From assembly GCA_964621785.1 (NCBI GenBank), contig CAZUPD010000021.1:2009-66008 (forward strand): a stretch of DNA of 64,000 nt, read 5' to 3'. Position 1 is the stretch's first letter, and every line of letters starts with the position of its first letter. This document shows, piece after piece, positions 46,596 through 56,166 of this stretch. The position numbers and the translations under genes are program-made. Origin of the DNA: an uncultured Nannocystaceae bacterium (GTDB lineage: Bacteria; Myxococcota_A; Polyangia; Nannocystales; Nannocystaceae). The notes under the pieces are model-generated. The model was not told the DNA's origin and made no database searches. It was given only the letters and a program-made list of their open reading frames with translations.

Positions 46596-47627
46596 TTACT
46601 CCCCAATTGTGATGGTCCGCCGGATTTCGTCGGTCTTAAACCCGAGGGCCATCGGTCGCTGGACGCCCGGGAGCACCGCGACGTCGTAGAGCTCCTTGAC
46701 CACACCTTCAAACCGCAACCAGTGGACGGCATCACCGCTGCGCAGGTCGACAATTTGCAACCCACAGCGGGCCTGCGCCTGCTTGGCCGCCAGATGTTCA
46801 CCGAGTTCGAGGTCGCCAAAGGTCCGGTCTCGTCGCAGCCCCGAAACACCGATCAATGCATAGTCACCGACAAACGCGAGTCCGCGGGCGAACCCGGGTA
46901 AAAACGTGACACGCTCGAATGTGCCGTGGTCGTCGAGAAAACCCAGATGCCCGGAACCAGCCTCTAGCAGCCATAGGCGGCCATTGTGGAACCGCGGGGA
47001 GTGGGGCATCGACAGGCCCGAGGCCAGCACCTCACCGCTGGGAACCGACAGCACCACCCCGCCGTCGCGTCGAAAGTCCCGCCACCCGTCGGCGACATCG
47101 CTGCGACTGACGGCGGTCACCACCGCAGGTTTTCCATCTTGCATCGCCATCCCGTTGAGGTGACAACGATCTTCGGCCGCGAGCTTGGAGATAAACGGTG
47201 GACGCCAGACGGGGACAAAACTGTGGGTCGGGCTCGGGGTTGCCAAACAACTAAAGAGTGTATTTACAAAAATAAGGTTGCCCGCTGCGTCGATCGCGAT
47301 GTCGTGGATGTCGAGATCGCCGGTGATATGGCTCAACCGCGGGACGTACAGCCGGTCGTAGCCCTGGTGGCGATGGTCGGCGGGCAGCGCATTTTCAAAT
47401 CGCCACAGCTGGTATAGCGAGCTCATCCACAGGGTCTGGTCGGTGGCACACAACCCCATGCAGCGTTTAAATGTACGTTCAAATACCGAGAGTCGCCCGT
47501 CCGGTTGCAGGCCGAGCAAAAACAGCTTGCCGGCCTGGTAGGTCGTACAGGCCAGGCTGATGTTGTGCTCGGCCATCCACGCAGGCAGTTGGCGCGAGCC
47601 GGTGATCGTGAGGGGCGGGGTGGTCAC
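46596..47627 (-). CDS. TIGR03032/DUF4915-like conserved hypothetical protein
   Basis: LFSCLATPSPTHSFVPVWRPPFISKLAAEDRCHLNGMA matches the family signature as I remember it. Confidence 0.6.
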   Translation of the reverse strand: MTTPPLTITGSRQLPAWMAEHNISLACTTYQAGKLFLLGLQPDGRLSVFERTFKRCMGLCATDQTLWMSSLYQLWRFENALPADHRHQGYDRLYVPRLSHITGDLDIHDIAIDAAGNLIFVNTLFSCLATPSPTHSFVPVWRPPFISKLAAEDRCHLNGMAMQDGKPAVVTAVSRSDVADGWRDFRRDGGVVLSVPSGEVLASGLSMPHSPRFHNGRLWLLEAGSGHLGFLDDHGTFERVTFLPGFARGLAFVGDYALIGVSGLRRDRTFGDLELGEHLAAKQAQARCGLQIVDLRSGDAVHWLRFEGVVKELYDVAVLPGVQRPMALGFKTDEIRRTITIGE

Positions 47628-47701
47628 GGGTGCAGGTTAGCAGACCGTCGATCGCTCGACGCTTCGTGGGCTGGCCTCGCGGTTGCACGCCCGTCAACAC
47701 G

Positions 47702-49525
47702 TCAGTGCTTGACCACGAGGACCACCAACACCAAAAAACCCTTTTGCTCGCCGGATGGGATTTTGGCCATCCCGACCCCAACCGTGTCACCGAGGTCCTT
47801 GCGCCATAGATCGAGTGTTTGGAAGCTGGCGAAACGCCCCCCGATGACCATGTGTTGACTGACCTCGGAATACTCGATGGTCGGCAGCTTGGTCTTGAAG
47901 ATCTTTTCGGCTTCGGCGCTTTTGTTGTCGGCTCGACCCTCGGCGAGGATCTGGGCCAAGGCATCCGCTTGGTCGAGCCACGTGGCCTGTGCCAGCCCAG
48001 CTTGTTTGCGAATGCCGTCGACCTGTTTGCGGATCGCGGCGACCGGGTCCCGCGGGAGATCGGCACCCGGGGCCAGGTAGTAGTTCTGGGTTACAAACAG
48101 CGGGCGAGGGGCATCGGCGACGGGTGAGATCGGATCGCCGATCACCACGCCGATGCCCACGTGGCTGACGTCCTCGGCGACAATGTTGACGCGGTGCCCC
48201 GGGCTGCGCATCAACCCTTCGTGGATGTCTCTCGGACCTGTTCCAAGAGCAATGTTTTCTCGAATCACCGGGTAGCTCAGGCCGGCGGATTCAAACCGAT
48301 TGTCGACTTCGCCGGTCGTCGGCGAACGATGGCCGACAAATCCCGATTTGTACATATCGCGGCTGTGGGCACGGGCAACCTCCGCGACCTTGGCATCCCA
48401 CGCGACCGGCGCAAGGCCGCGTTGTGCCCGTGTGGCGTTGATGTACTCGAGGCCAGATCGTTCGAGATCGTTGACCGAAACCCCGGGCGCGACACGTTCG
48501 ATAACCATGTGGATCGAGTCGGGTAGTGACTCGCTGCAGTAGACAGGGAAGTTGGCCACGACTTCGGGGCCATGGCGGCCGTCGCCGAACACCTCGATCT
48601 GGTAGCGTCCCTTGCGTTCGCATGTGACTTGGGCGCTGAATTGTTCTGCCGTACCGGTCGCCGGAATCGATGCCCATACACCCTTTGGATCGACGACATC
48701 GATCCGCGGGTGCTGGCGACCTCCGAGCAGTGTGCCCGAAAGTTCGACCGTGTCCCCGCGTTCGTGGTGGACGGCGATCGGCTCTAAATCGATCCCGTGC
48801 AGGCCCATCACGCCGACGAGCAACACGCTGCCGTCTTCGCGTTTGGCGACCCCCGCACCGATCGCCGACCACTCGGCTTCGTGCACACGGGTGGCCTCGG
48901 CGATCAACGAGTCAACACCTTCGGGACAGGCCCCTGCGCGTGCGTCAGTCACACAATCACCGGCGCCGGCCGGGATTTCGAGCGACACAATTTTGGGGGA
49001 AGGACCGGTCAGCCCGGCCCACGACAGCAACCCTTCGACGAGAGTGGCGGGGACCGTCAGGCGGTCGGGAGCATGTTGCGCGAGTACTCGGGCGACTTTT
49101 GAAAGTCGAACATCGTGTGTCCCTCCGCCGCGTTCAAGCTGGCGGACAAGCGTTTGTTCGATGCCGAGCAACTCGTAGGACGCACTCGAGTCGGCGGCGT
49201 AGGTACTGGCGTGGGCACCCGGGAGCGGGATGGTTTGCTCGGAGATTTCGATACCCTTGACCGGTCGCGGCGCCCGGACCCGTGAGCCCGTCGGACCGGT
49301 TGGCGTGGTGCAGCCCGCGAGAATCAATGAAGATGCAAGAAGTTTCCCCGCGAAGGTCCACAGCCGGTGGTTTGGCTTGCCGACTGCGTCGCGTCGACGG
49401 TCTTGCGAGCACTCGTCGAGAGTTTGCGCGTCGATCGAGTGGGTTTGAACGAACGGATCCGGAGCGCAAGGTTGCTGTGAGATTTCGGCCCGCGGGTTGC
49501 TTTGGGCATCGCGACCCGACCTCAT
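47702..49525 (-). CDS. CAP/SCP domain lipoprotein
   Basis: The ATG at 49525 overlaps the upstream stop (ATGA, 49522-49525). Lipobox: SLILAGC. CAP region: YINATRAQRGLAPVAWDAKVAEVARAHSRDM...SPGHRVNIV. Confidence 0.75.
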   Translation of the reverse strand: MRSGRDAQSNPRAEISQQPCAPDPFVQTHSIDAQTLDECSQDRRRDAVGKPNHRLWTFAGKLLASSLILAGCTTPTGPTGSRVRAPRPVKGIEISEQTIPLPGAHASTYAADSSASYELLGIEQTLVRQLERGGGTHDVRLSKVARVLAQHAPDRLTVPATLVEGLLSWAGLTGPSPKIVSLEIPAGAGDCVTDARAGACPEGVDSLIAEATRVHEAEWSAIGAGVAKREDGSVLLVGVMGLHGIDLEPIAVHHERGDTVELSGTLLGGRQHPRIDVVDPKGVWASIPATGTAEQFSAQVTCERKGRYQIEVFGDGRHGPEVVANFPVYCSESLPDSIHMVIERVAPGVSVNDLERSGLEYINATRAQRGLAPVAWDAKVAEVARAHSRDMYKSGFVGHRSPTTGEVDNRFESAGLSYPVIRENIALGTGPRDIHEGLMRSPGHRVNIVAEDVSHVGIGVVIGDPISPVADAPRPLFVTQNYYLAPGADLPRDPVAAIRKQVDGIRKQAGLAQATWLDQADALAQILAEGRADNKSAEAEKIFKTKLPTIEYSEVSQHMVIGGRFASFQTLDLWRKDLGDTVGVGMAKIPSGEQKGFLVLVVLVVKH

Positions 49526-50802
49526 GGCACTAACTCCACGGTCGCGGCGTGTTGCCAGGCGTGAAAATCTGGCTTGCGCGTGGGTGTAAGCGCGAGGCCC
49601 TTGGAGCCGCGTCGGCCGGGGCGTTCGATGCGAAACACATTGGTGCGAAAGCGTGTGCCGGCCTGCGGTGGGCACGGGATCGTTGTGTGTGCACAAATCT
49701 CGGTCCAGGCGATCGCAACCTCCGCGGTCCATCCCTGATCGCGGTCGACCGGACCATCGAGGGTGCCGCGAACATTCACGGCCGTGCGCCAGGTTGAATC
49801 CCACGCCTCATCGCCCTTGCGGTAGCGGGGAAAGGCGGCGTCAAAGGTCACGTTCCGGGCAGAAACTTGGTACTCGAGGTATTTGCTGCCACTGTTGTCA
49901 CCGGCGACGAACACCTCGAATACATCTTGCCTGTACAAGGGATCGTCCTGATCGCGGTACTCGGTCCAAATGTCGGTGTCGGGGAGGTCCGCGGCGAAGT
50001 AGAGGTACTCGGTATCCCAGGCAGCCCACACGCGCGTCGGAGGGTCGGGGTCGGGTTCGCCTTCGAGGCTGGTCACCAGCTCATGGCCAGGGAGATGCCA
50101 CACGGCTTCGTCGAGCTTTCCGTCGAGCATCGGTGGTTGTACAAGTTTTTCGACGGCGAGATGTGTCGGGGTTGCGACCACGGGAACCATCGCCAACAGT
50201 CCGCGACCGTCGTCTGTCCGGGGCCCTGACACAACCGGATCTCGTGGGCACTGGACGTCGACGACGGCTTGCGACGGGTGCCACGGGGTGGGGAGTTCGA
50301 GTTTGTTGTCGCCATCGGCGAGGTCGACTTCGCGGATCCGACTGTCTGGCCTGTGGGGTGGCTCGTCACCACGGGGCACGACCTGACGTGCCGACGCGCG
50401 AGGCGGTCGCACTCCGAGGTGACAGCCTTTTGGGTCACCTTCGATGTGCAGGGAGACGGCAACCGCTTGACCTGGCTGCAGGGGCAGGGGTGATGTCACC
50501 CGGATGGCGTCGATCGTCATGCCACTCGCAAACTGGATCGTACCCGAGAATGCTCCGGCGCTGTCGGCGAGTTCGAGGTGGCGGGTCGGCTCGGGGGGGG
50601 ACTGGGCGCGCTCACTCGCGCTGCGCGGGTCTGTACAGGTACAAACCGTAAGGGCGGCCAGCAGGATCCCAGTGTAGTTACAAGATTTGTGTGTGCCCGT
50701 CGCGGTTTCGACAACGTCGCCGCCGCGATCCGAGGTTCGGCAAGTGACCCGAGGATCGGTTCGACGCGCCGTGTTCACCGAAGGGTCGCCAACACAATCC
50801 AC
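49522..50802 (-). CDS. carbohydrate-binding family 9 (CBM9/DOMON-like) domain protein, probable lipoprotein
   Basis: MLDGKLDEAVWH...AAWDTEYLYFAADL...DVFEVFV...YLEYQVSARN...FRTNVFRIE. GTG start lies 6 nt after the upstream stop. Candidate lipobox: LAALTVC. Contains a G8/C8 run at 50593-50600. Confidence 0.65.
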   Translation of the reverse strand: MDCVGDPSVNTARRTDPRVTCRTSDRGGDVVETATGTHKSCNYTGILLAALTVCTCTDPRSASERAQSPPEPTRHLELADSAGAFSGTIQFASGMTIDAIRVTSPLPLQPGQAVAVSLHIEGDPKGCHLGVRPPRASARQVVPRGDEPPHRPDSRIREVDLADGDNKLELPTPWHPSQAVVDVQCPRDPVVSGPRTDDGRGLLAMVPVVATPTHLAVEKLVQPPMLDGKLDEAVWHLPGHELVTSLEGEPDPDPPTRVWAAWDTEYLYFAADLPDTDIWTEYRDQDDPLYRQDVFEVFVAGDNSGSKYLEYQVSARNVTFDAAFPRYRKGDEAWDSTWRTAVNVRGTLDGPVDRDQGWTAEVAIAWTEICAHTTIPCPPQAGTRFRTNVFRIERPGRRGSKGLALTPTRKPDFHAWQHAATVELVP

Positions 50803-50808
50803 GGACTG

Positions 50809-51513
50809 TTAGAACCGGAACCCGAGTCCCTGGCGCTGCAGTGGGAGCCTCGCCGCAGTCATTTCGGTATCGAGGTCATCTTCGGGCGCGCTGGTGGCAG
50901 CCTTGATCGCGATGCCGGTGATCGCAGCCGCCGACGCGACGATTGCCCCGAGGGTGACCCAGAAGTACCACTTGCGGTGGATCTTGATGGGTTCCGGAGG
51001 GGGTGGCGTGTCTGCGACAACGGGCGGGGGCTTGGGCGCGAGCGCGGCGAGTTTGGCCGCCCGCTGGTGGTCGTACTCTTCGCGGTGGGTCGAAGCCGGC
51101 TCATCCTCGACAGTCCCACGGGACATGTCTTCGAGGTCTACAATCGTCGCTTCGATTTCGCTGCGTTCGGGTGAATTTTGGGGCAGGTCTTCAAGGATGT
51201 GTTTCCACGCAGCGATCGCGCAGGCGTAGTCTGCTGCCTGTTCGCACACCTTGGCGCGGTCACGCGTGCGGTTTGGATTTTCGGCTTCGGTCGGAGCTGT
51301 CAACTCGCGGGCGGTGGTCAGGTCACCCTCTGCCAGTGCGCCGTCAACCGTATCGGCTTCACCTGCTGCCGGCGGCTTTGGACCTTCGACCACACGGTTT
51401 GCGTGGGCCTGAACGGATGCCGGAACGAGGGCGACGATCGTGACGCCGGCGAGGAGCGAGCGGTGCCAACCTGCGTTTGCGCGATTGTGCTTCATGAAGG
51501 TCTGCGCGAGCAT
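50809..51513 (-). CDS. secreted protein with C-terminal TM segment
   Basis: Signal peptide: LLAGVTIVALVPASVQAHA. Pro-rich stretch, then TM WYFWVTLGAIVASAAAITGIAI. Ends GLGFRF. Starts 6 nt after the upstream stop. Confidence 0.55.
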   Translation of the reverse strand: MLAQTFMKHNRANAGWHRSLLAGVTIVALVPASVQAHANRVVEGPKPPAAGEADTVDGALAEGDLTTARELTAPTEAENPNRTRDRAKVCEQAADYACAIAAWKHILEDLPQNSPERSEIEATIVDLEDMSRGTVEDEPASTHREEYDHQRAAKLAALAPKPPPVVADTPPPPEPIKIHRKWYFWVTLGAIVASAAAITGIAIKAATSAPEDDLDTEMTAARLPLQRQGLGFRF

Positions 51514-51519
51514 ACCAGG

Positions 51520-53478
51520 TCATTCGCCGAAGTGGCGCTCGAGCAGGCGTCGGGCGACTTCCATAAAGTCACCGCCGGTGATGAGGCCCACGAGTCGCCC
51601 GTCGGAGATCACGGGCAAGCTGCTCGCTCGGTGCTTGCGCATCAACGCGATCGCTTCGAGCGTGGGCGTCGAGGGGTTCACCGTGGCCGGCGGATCGCTC
51701 ATCACATCCGAGACCAACAGCGGCTCCTCGTTGTCGCGCCGCGTCCCCTTGGCGATCAGTTTGAGGAGTTCGCGGTGCGAGATGATGCCCTTGAACACAC
51801 CGTTTTCATCCTCGACCGGAATGTGCCGAACCTGCTCCCAGGTCATCAGGTTGACCGCGAGGTCGACGATATCGTCGGGGCGCACGGTCAGTAGATCGGT
51901 GGTCATAAACTGACGGACGCTGCGGAAGCTTTCCCGCCAGTCTCGCGAGTCTTCGTCGGGCAGGCTCGCCAGGTCCCACTCGTGGACAGGCTCACCATTT
52001 AGTTGATGCTGCAACATTGCCGAGGCGACCGCCCGGCAGCGCAGATCTGAGGTTGTGTCGGTCTCGCGCAGGGCAGCAAGTGAACTCAGGATCCAGCGCG
52101 AACCGGTGCGTTGGGCCTTGACCCGGGCCTCGATAACTTCGAGGTAGGTATCGCGGTCGCGTGCGTCGATCCCAGCGAGCGTCAGACCCTGGTATGCCTG
52201 CGGGAGGAGATCCTTGAGGATCAGGTCCGCCGCCGTCCAGTTTTTGCCGCCCAACCAGCTGAACTGAGCCTGGAGTCCGTGACGTGCAGCTGCAAAGAAA
52301 TTTCCCTTGGCATCGTCAAACGCCATTTCCTCGTGGATGTGGGGGTGCTCATCGGCGTAGATCGCCATCAGACCAAAGAAGAAGGCTGCGTTGGCGATCT
52401 CGTCGCGGATGCTCGGACCTGCAGGGAGCACCCGGTTTTCGATCCGGAGGTGGGGCTTGTCGCCGGAGATCCCGTAACACGCACGGTTCCATCGGTAGAT
52501 CGTCCCCCCGTGCAGGCGCAGTGCCGACAATTTCGGGATCTCACCGCGCTCGAGTACCAGCATCGGATCTTCGTCGAGCGTACCGGCGAGCAGTAGGCGG
52601 AAGCGGGCGATGTCTTCGCGAAAGATCTCGAGTACAGATTTGCGGACCCAACGATCGCCAAAGTGCACCCGCGGGCGATGGCCGCGTCCGTGTTCGGCGA
52701 ACGACCGGGTATCGAGCGAGCGTTGAAACAGGGCCACCCGGGTTTCCTGCCACAGTCGGTGTCCGAGCAGGATCGGTGAGTTGACCGCCGCCGCGAGCAC
52801 GGGGGCGGTGACAGCTTGGGCGAGGTTGTAGAGTTTGGCGAACTCCTCGGGGCGGACCTGAAAGTGGATCTGAAAGCTGGTGTTGCAGGCCTCGAGCATG
52901 ACGTTGTCGTGCTCCATCTGCAGTTCGTCGACCCCTTTGATCAACACGTGAAACGCTCCGCGTCGCAGGTTGCACATGATCTGGTTGAGCTCGTGGTAAC
53001 GAGGCTTTGGGGTCATGTTCTCGAGCGCGAGGTCTTCCTTGGTCAGGGTCGGAAGAGTCCCGCAAAGCAGTACATCGGCGCCGAATTGGCGGGCTCCTTC
53101 GCGGGTGCGTTCGACTGCGAAGCTGAGTTCTTCCTCCATCTCGCGCAGACAACTACCGCCGAACACCCGCGGCTCTAGGTTGGCTTCGAGGTTGAACCGG
53201 GCGAGCTCTGTGGTCAGGAACGGCTCGTCGAGGAGCTCGAGGATTTCGGTGGCCCTCGGGGCAGGCCCCATGCCGCTGTCGACCAAAAACATTTCTTGCT
53301 CGGCGCCGATGCGTCGGATCCCGGCTTCGAACGAGTCGTGCTCGAGCATGTACTCGAGCGCCCGCACGTCGGCGAGTAGGGCCCGCATAAATGCCTTCAG
53401 CTGGCGCTTGTCATCCTGCTTGGGGATATTGACTTCACCCATGTCTGCGACGGTATCCCGAATCGAGACTCGGGTCAC
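51520..53478 (-). CDS. glutamate-cysteine-ligase family 2 (carboxylate-amine ligase-like) protein with C-terminal CBS pair
   Basis: The N-terminus RRIGAEQEMFLVDSG... is GCS2-like. The C-terminal ~130 aa has two CBS-like repeats (VRQFMTTDLLTVRPDDIV...; VSDVMSDPPATVNPSTPTLEAIALMRKHRASSLPVI). Confidence 0.7.
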   Translation of the reverse strand: MTRVSIRDTVADMGEVNIPKQDDKRQLKAFMRALLADVRALEYMLEHDSFEAGIRRIGAEQEMFLVDSGMGPAPRATEILELLDEPFLTTELARFNLEANLEPRVFGGSCLREMEEELSFAVERTREGARQFGADVLLCGTLPTLTKEDLALENMTPKPRYHELNQIMCNLRRGAFHVLIKGVDELQMEHDNVMLEACNTSFQIHFQVRPEEFAKLYNLAQAVTAPVLAAAVNSPILLGHRLWQETRVALFQRSLDTRSFAEHGRGHRPRVHFGDRWVRKSVLEIFREDIARFRLLLAGTLDEDPMLVLERGEIPKLSALRLHGGTIYRWNRACYGISGDKPHLRIENRVLPAGPSIRDEIANAAFFFGLMAIYADEHPHIHEEMAFDDAKGNFFAAARHGLQAQFSWLGGKNWTAADLILKDLLPQAYQGLTLAGIDARDRDTYLEVIEARVKAQRTGSRWILSSLAALRETDTTSDLRCRAVASAMLQHQLNGEPVHEWDLASLPDEDSRDWRESFRSVRQFMTTDLLTVRPDDIVDLAVNLMTWEQVRHIPVEDENGVFKGIISHRELLKLIAKGTRRDNEEPLLVSDVMSDPPATVNPSTPTLEAIALMRKHRASSLPVISDGRLVGLITGGDFMEVARRLLERHFGE

Positions 53479-53693
53479 GCAAGCGGGTGAAACTCGGCAA
53501 AGGTTTCGGCCGCGGATTGCAACTGCAAATGATGTCCGCGTCGTTTTTGAAGTGCTGAACAGAAGGCGAGTGGTCGGGAGGTCGAGCTGGCGACGATTTG
53601 CGCGGGCCTCCGGTTCGTCGGCGATTCGACGGCCATCGCAGCACGCGAGAAAATCTCCCGTCCAGCCGCGCCTGCGTCTGCTATACGCCGGGC

Positions 53694-54470
53694 GTGACTG
53701 CCAACAAGGTGAGCAGCAAGGGCCTGAAAAAGATCGAAGAACTCGCGGCGATCCTCGAGAAGTCCGGCGGCGATGCCCAGCGACTCGAGGTTCTCAAACG
53801 CACGCAAAAGTTTAAGCGCTCGTGGGTCGACCTCGCCGAGGTGCTGACCAAGGTCCGCCAGTCCGGTGCCTATAAACGCTGGGGATTTACCGATTTTTAC
53901 ACCTACGCCAGCGAAGAGCTCGCGCTCAAAAAACCGACAGCTGACAAACTCGTGCTCAGTTACAGCACGCTTCGCAACCACGCCCCCGAAGTCCTCAAAT
54001 GGGATGGTGTGGCCAAGGTGATCCCGAGCTACGAGGCGGTCAACTATTACTCGCAGGCGTTACCACCCGGTGACAGCGAAGAGGACGAGTTGCCGCGTGC
54101 CCGGCGAAAAGTCGAGCTGGTGCCCCCGGCCCCCGAGTTGCTCGCCGAGATGAAGTCGGCTGTGTTCGACGAGGGCAAGCCGGTCACCGAGTTGCGCAAG
54201 CGGTTTGATCCGGTTCTCTACCCCAAGCCCAAAGGCGCGGAGAAACTAGAGATCATCAAGAAGGCCAACAACGCCGCCCGCAAGCTCGCCGAACTGTTGC
54301 CCGACATCGACGGACTGTCCGAAAAACGGGCCCGGAACCTCGAGCGCGAACTCGGAGCGCTGCGCAACGAGCTCACCGAATTGGCGGCACCGCTCGAAGA
54401 AAAACTTGCACATGCACAAAAGCGTGGGAGGAAAAAACCTCCGCGGTTGCGCGCTGTCAACCCGCCGTGA
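53694..54470 (+). CDS. hypothetical protein (helical, Lys-rich; possible HTH segment)
   Basis: Codon pattern is good from GTG 53694. YKRWGFTDFYTYASEELALKKPTADKLV resembles ParB/KilA-associated HTH segments, but only weakly. Confidence 0.5.
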   Translation: MTANKVSSKGLKKIEELAAILEKSGGDAQRLEVLKRTQKFKRSWVDLAEVLTKVRQSGAYKRWGFTDFYTYASEELALKKPTADKLVLSYSTLRNHAPEVLKWDGVAKVIPSYEAVNYYSQALPPGDSEEDELPRARRKVELVPPAPELLAEMKSAVFDEGKPVTELRKRFDPVLYPKPKGAEKLEIIKKANNAARKLAELLPDIDGLSEKRARNLERELGALRNELTELAAPLEEKLAHAQKRGRKKPPRLRAVNPP

Positions 54471-54579
54471 GCCAATATCGATGTATCACCAATAAGCTCC
54501 CAGGCTCGGGCGTCGCCCATCTCCGGCAACTCTCGGACTCGCGCCTGTCTCGGGGCCGTGCCCGCACCGGAAAGAAGCG

Positions 54580-56031
54580 GTGCGCAAACGAACGGATGGA
54601 TTGTTCGGGGCAACTGCACGGCTGTGGCAAGATGACCGCGTGAGCTCCGAGCCCAGCCTCGAAAAGCCAGTGCCTTCGGCCGCGGATCTGACGCTGCGTG
54701 TCGCTCGCACGGCGCTCACAGGTCTGCAGCCCGAGGAAGTCAGCCGGATCCGCAGCTACCTGTTCCCCGATATTCCGCAGCACAACGTCACAAAAGGCCG
54801 CCGGATCTGGTTGTTTATCGCCTACACCCTGCGTCGGTGGTTGCAGGTTGACCGCGCCACCAGTCTGGCTTCGACCCTGTCTCTTCAGACATTGCTCTCG
54901 GTTGTTCCGGTCGCTGGGTTGTTGCTCACCGGCGTCGGTCTACTCGGGCGTGAGAGCGGTGGCAAGTTGCTGCAACAGATCGCCATCGTCCTGATCCCCG
55001 AAACCGATCGCGCGGCCCGGATCGCCGACGCCGTGTTCGACTTGGCCAACAACATCACCGTCGAGCGCCTCGGGTTGTCCGGATTTTTGAGTGCGTTGAT
55101 CGTCGCCTCGCTGTTGTTTTTGACGCTCGAAAAGACGGCCAATCGGATCTGGGGCGTCACCCGCCGGCGCAGTCCGATCAACAAATTCACGATGTTTTGG
55201 ACCCTCGCCACCCTGGCGCCACTCATCATTATCTACAGTTTGGCGCAGCCGGTGTTCTCCGAGATCACCCAACAATCGTTTATTCCCACGCCGATTTTGA
55301 CGACCGCGATCGGGCTGGTGTTGCTCAACCGGTTTATGCCGATCACCCCGGTCAAGTGGCAGGCTGCCCTGGGCGGCGGGGTGTTGTCGGCAGTGTTGTT
55401 CGAGGTCGGCAAGTGGGGTTTTGGTGGCTACCTCGCGGTCGTCTCGCTCTACGAAAGTGCCTACGGATCGCTCTCGGTGTTGCCGGTGTTCACCGTGTGG
55501 ACCTACGTCTCGTGGATGTTGGTGCTCCTCGGCATCGAAGTCTCGTTTGTCCTGCAGCATCTCGATGTGGTCGAAAAGGAAGGTTTCGTCAATCCCAGCC
55601 TGCGGCGCGACCTGTTGCGACCGGCGCCCACCGGGCGGATGGCGCTGCGCCTGATGTTGGCGATTTGCGACCACTACGACCACCGCAACGCCGGACTGAC
55701 GATCGCAGCCCTCGAAGATCGCTATCAACTCGGGATCGAGCAGACCAACGCGATTATGCAGCGCTTGGGCGAGGCAGGTTTTGTGCTCGAGACGGCGGCC
55801 GAAGAGTCCTGTTATGTGCCTGGCAGACCCCTCGACCAGATCCTCGTCCGCGATATTTTGGTGTTGTTTGACGCCCCCGACCACGCCCACATCCGGCGCG
55901 ATGACACGCTCGCAAAGTTGTTTCACAAGCTCGATGCCGACCAGGAGCGGGCGTTTGGTCAGCTGACCTATCAGGAGCTAATTTTGCAGTCTCGGCGTCA
56001 ACGCGAGGTTTCTGTGGGAGGGCCGGGGTAG
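54580..56031 (+). CDS. YihY/BrkB family membrane protein with C-terminal soluble extension
   Basis: TLRRWLQVDRATSLASTLSLQTLLSVVP and about 6 TM helices, then a ~130-aa cytosolic tail. Start is uncertain (GTG 54580 or 54640). Confidence 0.75.
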   Translation: MRKRTDGLFGATARLWQDDRVSSEPSLEKPVPSAADLTLRVARTALTGLQPEEVSRIRSYLFPDIPQHNVTKGRRIWLFIAYTLRRWLQVDRATSLASTLSLQTLLSVVPVAGLLLTGVGLLGRESGGKLLQQIAIVLIPETDRAARIADAVFDLANNITVERLGLSGFLSALIVASLLFLTLEKTANRIWGVTRRRSPINKFTMFWTLATLAPLIIIYSLAQPVFSEITQQSFIPTPILTTAIGLVLLNRFMPITPVKWQAALGGGVLSAVLFEVGKWGFGGYLAVVSLYESAYGSLSVLPVFTVWTYVSWMLVLLGIEVSFVLQHLDVVEKEGFVNPSLRRDLLRPAPTGRMALRLMLAICDHYDHRNAGLTIAALEDRYQLGIEQTNAIMQRLGEAGFVLETAAEESCYVPGRPLDQILVRDILVLFDAPDHAHIRRDDTLAKLFHKLDADQERAFGQLTYQELILQSRRQREVSVGGPG

Positions 56032-56166
56032 ACCCAGACGTAACCGCGCTCGGTTTGCGAGCCCGCCAGCGGACTTCCGGAGTTGGGCAATGTGTCCGCA
56101 AACGCAGTTGTACAGTCACACGTTTGCAAGTTGACGTGATGTGGGAACCACGCCTACCTTGTTTGC

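Noticed and set aside
5399-47280. Recurring AT-rich strings such as TGCATTTACA / TGTAAATGCA / GTATTTGCAAAT scattered through the window (e.g. 5399, 6805, 22966, 39430, 42013, 47259)
   Set aside because: Most lie inside genes and decode in frame as ordinary Ala-Phe-Thr / Ile-Ala / His-Leu codons (GCA, TTT, ACA, ATT, TTA). They look like a codon-usage side effect rather than a dispersed element. Only the intergenic copies (6801-6822, 23955-23990, 35471-35618) might be sites.
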